The notes under the pieces were generated by a model. That model made no database searches and was not told the origin of the DNA. It was given only the letters and a program-made list of their open reading frames with translations. Positions 44,625-50,657 of a stretch of 50,657 bases of DNA are shown in pieces. Origin of the DNA: Candidatus Eiseniibacteriota bacterium. GTDB lineage: Bacteria > Eisenbacteria > RBG-16-71-46. The stretch lies in assembly GCA_023249845.1 (NCBI GenBank), contig JAHFBW010000002.1, positions 1 to 50,657 on the forward strand, written 5' to 3'. The position numbers and the translations under genes were made by a program. The first letter of the stretch is position 1. The number at the start of each line of letters is the position of its first letter.

Positions 44625-45084
44625 CTTTTTGTCACCTTCTGCTCGGTGGAGCCGCGGCAATGCAGTCGCCGCGACCTTGATTCGCTCCGCCGCGACCGGC
44701 TCGATCCGCGAACCGCGCCCAGTTCATTTCGATTGGCGCGACGGTGGACGAGCGTGTAGGTTCCGCGCCTGTAGCCTGTGGCCGTGGAACAGAAGGCCGA
44801 GGCCCATGGCGTCAGTCGCCGCTCGACACGGACCTGAACGCCGAACGAATCCCCACCGAGTTGCCGAACGGGCACCGGTGACGCCGGGGCGAGCCGAAGA
44901 GCCGCCCATCGGCACCTAGCAGGTCGAGCGCGCAGCGTCCGCGCGTGCGGTGCACCGTGAGCGACTCACGGCCATCGCCCCGGAGGCGCTCACCCGGTTC
45001 CACCGCGCAGCGCATGGCGCACTCACGCCACACTGCGCACAGGTCCACCCCGGCGCACGACGAGTGCGCGCCGGAAGGAAACTC

Positions 45085-46428
45085 ATGAGACCACGTCGTC
45101 GCCGCCCCCGCGGCATGCGCCCACAGGAGCCGCCGCAGTCGGGCGCCGCCCCCGAAGGAACACCGTACGACCCCCCCGCCAGCCCTTACGAGGCTGGCCC
45201 TCCCGCCGACTACTCGGCGCCGCCCGGAGGCGGTCCCCCGATGGGTGACCCCTCGATACCTCCGGCCGCGCCCGCAGGCGGCTACTCCGGACCCAATGGC
45301 ACACCGGGTCCCGGCTACGACCGCGGTTACGGACGACAGGGTGGCGGACGCCGCCGCCGTCGCCGGCCGCGCAACGGCCGTCAGCAAGGTGGTGAAATGC
45401 AGCAACAGCAAGGCAGTGGTTACCAGCAGCCCTTCAACCAGGGCGGAGGCCGGCGCGGACGCCGGCGAAGAGACGGTGGTGGAGGCGGCGGCGATCATCG
45501 CGGCCGGCCGCAGCGCCCCGGGCTCGAGTTGCTCAAGGAGCTTCAGAACGCCGGCGCCGCGCTGGATCCCACCGAGCGGCTCATCATGGAGCTGCCGGCG
45601 GGCCAGGGCGATCCGCCATACGGCGATCGCATCACCGGGCGCGCGATCGACCTGATCGCCCCCATCGGCCGCGGCCAGCGCGTGTTGCTGGTGGCGCCGC
45701 CGAAGGCCGGCAAGACACGAATCCTGCAGGCCATCGCCGCGTCCGTCGCGCACAATCACCCCGACGTCAAGGTGTACGCGCTGCTCGTGGACGAGCGTCC
45801 CGAGGAGGTCACCGACTTCAAGCGCAACACGCCGGCCGAGGTCATCGCCGCCTCGAGCGACATGAGCGTGGACGAGCACATCGAGACCGCCGAGATCGCC
45901 ATGCAGAAGGTGGCGGCCGAGGTGCTCGCGGGCAAGGACGTCGTGCTGCTGCTCGACTCCATCACGCGTCTCGCGCGGGCCTACAACGCGGCTGCCGGCA
46001 ACGGCGGACGCACGATGTCGGGCGGCCTCGACTCGAACGCCATGCAGTCCCCGCGCCAGATCTTCGGTGCGGCCCGAAAGATCGAGAACGGCGGCTCGCT
46101 CACGATCATCGGGACCGCGCTCGTGGACACCGGCTCGCGCATGGACCAGATCATCTTCGAGGAGTTCAAGGGCACCGGAAACTCCGAGCTGTTCCTGTCG
46201 CGCGAGCTGGCGGAACGCCGCATCTACCCCGCGATCGACATCCCGAAGAGCGGCACGCGCAAGGAGGAGAAGCTGATCGCGCCGAACCAGCTCTCCACGT
46301 TCCAGGCGCTGCGCCGCATCCTGGTGCAGATGCCGCCGCAGGAGGCCATGCTGAAGCTGGTGGATCGCCTGGGCCGCACCAAGACGAACGAGGAGTTCTT
46401 CAACCTCGTGCGCGTGGGCGACAGCTAG
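45085..46428 (+). CDS. rho: transcription termination factor Rho with a non-canonical low-complexity N-terminus
   Basis: A GGAAGGAAA RBS precedes the start. Canonical motifs are PIGRGQRVLLVAPPKAGKT, LLVDERPEEV, DSITRLARAYN and YPAIDIPKSGTRKEE. The first ~155-160 aa are P/G/R/Q-rich. Confidence 0.9.
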   Translation: MRPRRRRPRGMRPQEPPQSGAAPEGTPYDPPASPYEAGPPADYSAPPGGGPPMGDPSIPPAAPAGGYSGPNGTPGPGYDRGYGRQGGGRRRRRRPRNGRQQGGEMQQQQGSGYQQPFNQGGGRRGRRRRDGGGGGGDHRGRPQRPGLELLKELQNAGAALDPTERLIMELPAGQGDPPYGDRITGRAIDLIAPIGRGQRVLLVAPPKAGKTRILQAIAASVAHNHPDVKVYALLVDERPEEVTDFKRNTPAEVIAASSDMSVDEHIETAEIAMQKVAAEVLAGKDVVLLLDSITRLARAYNAAAGNGGRTMSGGLDSNAMQSPRQIFGAARKIENGGSLTIIGTALVDTGSRMDQIIFEEFKGTGNSELFLSRELAERRIYPAIDIPKSGTRKEEKLIAPNQLSTFQALRRILVQMPPQEAMLKLVDRLGRTKTNEEFFNLVRVGDS

Positions 46429-46433
46429 CGGCT

Positions 46434-47399
46434 TCAGCCGCGCGGCTTCGCCTCCACGTGGAAGCGCGCGAGCGCCGCGGTGACGTTGTCGTGCGCCCCG
46501 CGCTCGAGTGCGAGCGCGAGCATCGCGTCGCACACGTCCTGGCTTGCGGCGTCGCGGCCGAGGAACCCGGCGATCTCGTCGTCGCGAATCTCGTTCGTGA
46601 GCCCGTCCGTGCAGAGCAGCACGCGATCGCCGTCCGCCACGCGGAGCGCGTGCAGGCTGGCCTGCAACTCGTCCTGCGGCCCTCCCACCGCCTGCGTGAG
46701 CACGTGGCGGTAGCGCCGCGCCGCGGGATCATCCTCCTGCAGCATGCCGAGGTCTACATAGTGCTGCGCGAGCGTCTGGTCGCGGGTGATGCGCTGGAGC
46801 TCGCCGTCGCTCCACAGGTAGGCACGCGAGTCACCGACGTGGATGAGGAAGAGATCGCAGCCGACCGTGAACGCGGCCGTGAATGTCGTCCCCATGCCCG
46901 CGAGCTCCGGCTCGGCCTCCGCCCGCTGCTTCACCGCCGCGTGGATGCCCGCGAGATAACCGCGTCCGCGCTCCCACATCTGCTCGATCTCGCGCTCGCG
47001 CGTGGCTGGATCGTCGAGACGCAGCGCCCAGCGCGGCGCCGCGAGGATCTGCTGGATCGCCGACGTGAGCGCGGTGGAGCTCGCCACCTCACCGCCAGCC
47101 TCGCCGCCCATCCCGTCGGCCACCATGAGGATGTGGCCCGCCTCCTCGCTGCGCGCCGCGAGCGCCTGCTCGGGAAGGTTCGAGAGAAGCCGATCGAGGG
47201 TGCGCCCCAGGCGGCAGACCATGTACCCGTCCTGGTTCGAGGGCCGCACGCGGCCGCGGTCGCTCATCGCGCCCAGGTCGAGGCGGACCCTCGCAGGGAT
47301 CGGCGACGCGGGCCCGACACCGGGCGGCGAGCGGAAGCCCGAGGCTCCGGCCTGCGTGGGGGCGTCGGCCGACGGGTTCTGCGTGTGAGAGCGAGTCAT
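46434..47399 (-). CDS. PP2C-family Ser/Thr protein phosphatase
   Basis: Motifs SDRGRVRPSNQD, VADGMGG, HVGDSR, LLCTDGL and DNVT are present. Confidence 0.85.
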   Translation of the reverse strand: MTRSHTQNPSADAPTQAGASGFRSPPGVGPASPIPARVRLDLGAMSDRGRVRPSNQDGYMVCRLGRTLDRLLSNLPEQALAARSEEAGHILMVADGMGGEAGGEVASSTALTSAIQQILAAPRWALRLDDPATREREIEQMWERGRGYLAGIHAAVKQRAEAEPELAGMGTTFTAAFTVGCDLFLIHVGDSRAYLWSDGELQRITRDQTLAQHYVDLGMLQEDDPAARRYRHVLTQAVGGPQDELQASLHALRVADGDRVLLCTDGLTNEIRDDEIAGFLGRDAASQDVCDAMLALALERGAHDNVTAALARFHVEAKPRG

Positions 47400-47651
47400 G
47401 GCACCGGCACCTCCGGCGAGCTGCGACCAGCGCCCCGCTCACGCTAGCTCGGCCGCGTCCCGAACGCGACAGGAAAAGGCCGCGAGCGTCCAGGATGGGA
47501 ACCGCGCGGGACTGCATGTTCGCCGCCGCTTCGGTGGCCTCCTCGCTGCGCGCCCGGGTCGCCGCGCCCGGCGCTGCGCCCCGACGATCCGGCCCGAGAG
47601 GCCTGCAACGGGATCGTGGACATGGCGTCCTGTGCGGGAGCAGAATCGACC

Positions 47652-47672
47652 CGTCCGGCGCGGCGCCGGACG
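47652..47672. promoter_or_regulatory. perfect 10-1-10 palindrome upstream of 47702 gene
   Basis: CGTCCGGCGC-G-GCGCCGGACG lies about 30 nt upstream of the start codon. It could be an operator or an RNA hairpin. Confidence 0.25.
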
Positions 47673-47701
47673 ACCGCGACCGGGTGCCGAGGAGGTTCTG
47701 C

Positions 47702-48604
47702 ATGGTTCGGATCCGGTTGCTGTTCGCTTGGGCCCTGGGGTTCGCCCTGGGCGCACTTCTTCTCGCTGTCGCGTCCCGGGACGCGAGCTTCGCCGGCCGC
47801 GAGTCCGCGCGCCTGCACGCACACTTCGCGCGCGTGCTCCACCAGCTCGAGGCACGTGACGTGTCGGGCTGGAGCGCGACGCTTCAGGCGAACCGCCGTC
47901 ACCTGATCGCGCTGCTCCAAGACTACGACCGGGCCGGGCGTTTCCCGCGCAACGAAGGCCAGCTCGCGCGGTTCACGCCGATCTTCGTGGATCGGCACGA
48001 GACGCGCTGTGCGATGGCGCACCTCATCGAGCGTTCGGGTGGTGGCGCGCTCGTCGCGAGGATCGCGGCGACGCGCAACCTCGCCACCGTCCGCGAGCTC
48101 GCGGGTGACGCCGAGCTCCAGCGCTGGCTCGCGACCTCCGGGCTCGATGTCGCGGAGGCGGCGCTCATCCAGCCGCAATACGATCCGCTGGTGCCTCCCG
48201 AGAAGCCGCGTGACGACGGGACGCCAGAGGACGGCGTCATGACGACCGGCGTGCTGCTGTCGTTGGGACTCGCGTTGCCGGCGATCTACATGAACCTGCA
48301 CACGCGCGGACCCCTGGCGGAGCAGCGCCAGGTGCGGACGTTCGGCGTTCTCGCCGCGACGCCGCCGCTCGCCCTGGGGCTCGCGGACATCTTCCACGAT
48401 GGCCACTTGCGTGACACCGGGCTCGCGCAGCTCGCGATCGGCGCCACGTCCATGACGCTTGCGTTGCTGCATCACATCAGCGCTTCGACGCCGCCCTCGG
48501 GCGCGGTCCCTGCGGAGCCCTCGACCCCGCGGGCGAGGACGGCGCCGATCTTCCGCGCCGGGACGGAAGGTGAGCCACAGTTCGGCGTGACGGTGGCGTT
48601 CTAG
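47702..48604 (+). CDS. membrane protein, hypothetical
   Basis: A GGAGG RBS lies 6 nt before the ATG. It has an N-terminal TM helix (LLFAWALGFALGALLLAV) and later TM segments. Confidence 0.55.
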   Translation: MVRIRLLFAWALGFALGALLLAVASRDASFAGRESARLHAHFARVLHQLEARDVSGWSATLQANRRHLIALLQDYDRAGRFPRNEGQLARFTPIFVDRHETRCAMAHLIERSGGGALVARIAATRNLATVRELAGDAELQRWLATSGLDVAEAALIQPQYDPLVPPEKPRDDGTPEDGVMTTGVLLSLGLALPAIYMNLHTRGPLAEQRQVRTFGVLAATPPLALGLADIFHDGHLRDTGLAQLAIGATSMTLALLHHISASTPPSGAVPAEPSTPRARTAPIFRAGTEGEPQFGVTVAF

Positions 48605-48657
48605 CCAGTCTCCCTTCCGCGGTTGTGGCGGGCGCACGGATGCGCCACGCTCGCGGG

Positions 48658-50076
48658 ATGAAGCGCAGGCTCCTCTTCGCGGCCGTCGCCCTGACGTGCA
48701 TCGTGGGCTGTCGCAGCGTGCGCGCGGCGGAGCGTGATCCCGTCGGCCATTGGCAGGGCTCGCTCCAGGGCATGGTGCGGCTCGTGCTCCATGTCGAGCG
48801 CAGGGACGACGGCTCGCTCGCGGGCACGCTCGACAGTCCCGACCAGGGCGCGATGGGCCTGCGGCTCGACTCGCTCGCGTTCGCGGGCGACTCGCTCCGA
48901 TGTTCGCTTCACGCAGCCGGCGGAGGCTACGCGGCGCGCATGAACGCCACCGGCGACACGCTGCATGGCACCTGGAGCCAGCTCGGCCAGTCCATGCCCC
49001 TGGTCCTCGCCCGCACCAGCGCGCCCGCGGAGCCCGTGCGTACGCAGCGCATCGTGCCACCCTATCCCTACGACACGCTCGCGGTCGCGTTCGAGAACCC
49101 GCGCGCTCCCGGCGTGACGCTCGCCGGCACGCTCACCGTGCCGCGCGGCAAGGGGCCCTTCCCTGCCGCGATCCTCATCACCGGATCGGGCGGCCAAGAC
49201 CGCGACGAGACCGTGTTCGCGCATCGCCCGTTCCGCGTGCTGGCGGATCACCTGACGCGCAATGGCATCGCAGTGTTGCGGCTCGACGATCGCGGGGTCG
49301 GCGGATCGACGGGCAAGCAGGCCGGCGCCGCGAGCGGGGACTTCGCAGGCGATATCGTCGCCGGCGTGGACTGGCTCGCGAAGCGCCCCGACATCGCCGC
49401 CAAGCGCATCGGGCTCGTCGGCCACAGCGAGGGCGGGCTGATCGCGCCACTCGTCACAACACAGCGAAAAGCCATCGCGTTCGTCGTGCTGCTCGCCGGG
49501 CCCGGGCTTCGCGGCGACTCGCTCATGATCCTCCAGAACATGGCGGTCCGGCGACCGTACGTGAGCGGCGAGGATGCGCTCGCGCGCGAGATCGCCGAGG
49601 TGCGTGCAGCCTACGCAGCCGTGCGCTCCGGCGACAGCACGGCCGTCCTTGCCGCGGTGCGTCGACTCGTGGACGCGCAGCTCGGATCGATGGGCGGCGC
49701 CGCGGCGGGAGTCGATCGCGAGGGACTCGTGACCTCCGCGTTCCGCCAGATCTGGTCGCCGTGGTTTCGCTACTTCCTAGTCCACGACCCCGCGCCCGAT
49801 CTCCAGCGCATCCGTTGTCCCGTGCTCGCGATCAATGGCGACAAGGACATCCAGGTCGTGGCGAAGGAGAACCTCGCCGGCCTCGAGAAGGCGCTGCGCG
49901 CGGGCGGGAACAAGGACATCACGCTCCTCACCCTCCCCGGGCTCAACCACCTGTTCCAGACGTGCCGCACGTGCACGATGGGCGAGTACGGCCAGATCGA
50001 GGAGACGCTCGCGCCCGCCGCGCTGGAACTGATCTCGACCTGGATCCGGAAGCGAACGGGACTCGAGAAGCGGTGA
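48658..50076 (+). CDS. alpha/beta hydrolase (secreted or lipoprotein)
   Basis: The signal/lipobox-like sequence is LTCIVGC. The nucleophile elbow is GHSEGG, and the late DKD...H pattern is consistent with a Ser-Asp-His triad. Confidence 0.8.
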   Translation: MKRRLLFAAVALTCIVGCRSVRAAERDPVGHWQGSLQGMVRLVLHVERRDDGSLAGTLDSPDQGAMGLRLDSLAFAGDSLRCSLHAAGGGYAARMNATGDTLHGTWSQLGQSMPLVLARTSAPAEPVRTQRIVPPYPYDTLAVAFENPRAPGVTLAGTLTVPRGKGPFPAAILITGSGGQDRDETVFAHRPFRVLADHLTRNGIAVLRLDDRGVGGSTGKQAGAASGDFAGDIVAGVDWLAKRPDIAAKRIGLVGHSEGGLIAPLVTTQRKAIAFVVLLAGPGLRGDSLMILQNMAVRRPYVSGEDALAREIAEVRAAYAAVRSGDSTAVLAAVRRLVDAQLGSMGGAAAGVDREGLVTSAFRQIWSPWFRYFLVHDPAPDLQRIRCPVLAINGDKDIQVVAKENLAGLEKALRAGGNKDITLLTLPGLNHLFQTCRTCTMGEYGQIEETLAPAALELISTWIRKRTGLEKR

Positions 50077-50118
50077 GGCGAAGCGCCTCGACGGGCTCAC
50101 GGCTCGACGCGCGCGGTA

Positions 50119-50640
50119 CTACTCCCTCGCCTCCTCGTCCGTGCAGGTGGGCTCGAGATCCTGATCGAGATACCAGTACTCGTGCCAAGTGCGGCGATTA
50201 CCTCTCCACGTCGAGAGGTGGATCCCTTCATTGCTCGAACAGGTCCGGAATGACAAGGGGGTTGTCGCGCCCTTCGTGTTCATCACGAACTCCCCGTCGG
50301 CATAGACGGCTTGGGCGCTCGGGTCGAGAACCGCGATACCGAGCTCGTTCTCCTGGCCGATCGAGTGGCGCAGGGTCACTTCGTAGCCGATTCCGGGCTG
50401 CTCGATGTTCGGATTGCAGGATCCCTCGTTGCGTTCCTTCACGACGCCGTCGACGACCCGTGGTGGCGCGAACAGAACGATCAGCAGGCGCTCGCCGACG
50501 CGCACTTCCTGTCGGAAAGTGACGCAGGCCGATGTCTCGGGCCGGATGCGAGTCACGCCCATAAGCGGAGCGCTTCGAGCGGCGCCATGGAAGATGCAGA
50601 ACCCGACGACGGCGACCCATGCCAACCTTGCTCGACTCAT
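50119..50640 (-). CDS. secreted hypothetical protein
   Basis: It has a signal-like N-terminus (MSRARLAWVAVVGFCIFHGAARSA) and locally lower GC. I recognise no motif. Confidence 0.5.
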   Translation of the reverse strand: MSRARLAWVAVVGFCIFHGAARSAPLMGVTRIRPETSACVTFRQEVRVGERLLIVLFAPPRVVDGVVKERNEGSCNPNIEQPGIGYEVTLRHSIGQENELGIAVLDPSAQAVYADGEFVMNTKGATTPLSFRTCSSNEGIHLSTWRGNRRTWHEYWYLDQDLEPTCTDEEARE

Positions 50641-50657
50641 CCAGCGGCCCTCCCGAG

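Noticed and set aside
44603-44631. The hairpin CGGCGGG-AA-CCCGCCG plus CTTTTTG as the kinase gene's intrinsic terminator.
   Set aside because: The loop is only 2-4 nt, and the T-run is separated from the stem by 6 nt. The same bases fit a TTGATT-N17-GATACT promoter better. I kept it as an alternative in the promoter feature.

Overview
This is a very GC-rich bacterial chromosomal segment (GC not computed). Real genes show strong G/C at codon position 3, and almost every one is shadowed by long antisense ORFs. I call 42 protein-coding genes on both strands. They are tightly packed, use GGAGG-type ribosome-binding sites, and several show 4-bp ATGA/GTGA start/stop overlaps. Content is mostly housekeeping and envelope functions of a diderm: two Hanks-type Ser/Thr kinases with TPR tails, a PP2C phosphatase, Rho, a 913-aa Gre-factor fusion, a Lon-like protease, NadE, PepA, an RlmD-like methyltransferase, MsrA, a class I aminotransferase, a PduO-type adenosyltransferase, an ABC-2 exporter plus an MFS transporter, a DD-carboxypeptidase, a B12-binding radical-SAM enzyme, small outer-membrane beta-barrels and several lipoproteins. 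I saw no rRNA, tRNA, CRISPR array, transposase, integrase or phage genes. The following stand out. (1) A ~183-bp inverted-repeat (MITE-like) element family has three full copies plus a mini-copy, and its ends coincide with the TAG stop codons of flanking genes. (2) A second 278-bp element with 22-bp perfect terminal inverted repeats supplies a stop codon on one side and a Shine-Dalgarno on the other. (3) The Rho factor has a ~155-residue Arg/Gly/Pro-rich low-complexity tail in place of its canonical N-terminal RNA-binding domain. (4) The Lon paralog lacks the N-domain, the Walker-B glutamate and the pore-loop tyrosine but keeps the Ser-Lys protease dyad. (5) The 913-aa protein ends in a complete GreA module and has a CarD-like segment in the middle. 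(6) A translationally coupled cassette runs membrane protein, B12/radical-SAM enzyme, membrane protein. (7) Two secreted proteins end in the same TTWGxVKAxYR motif. (8) A ~560-bp non-coding, highly structured region ends in an intrinsic terminator upstream of nadE, and several intergenic regions carry short repeat arrays. Lineage cannot be assigned from the sequence alone; the features fit an uncultured high-GC diderm (Gemmatimonadota-, Eisenbacteria- or Myxococcota-like), which is inference only.
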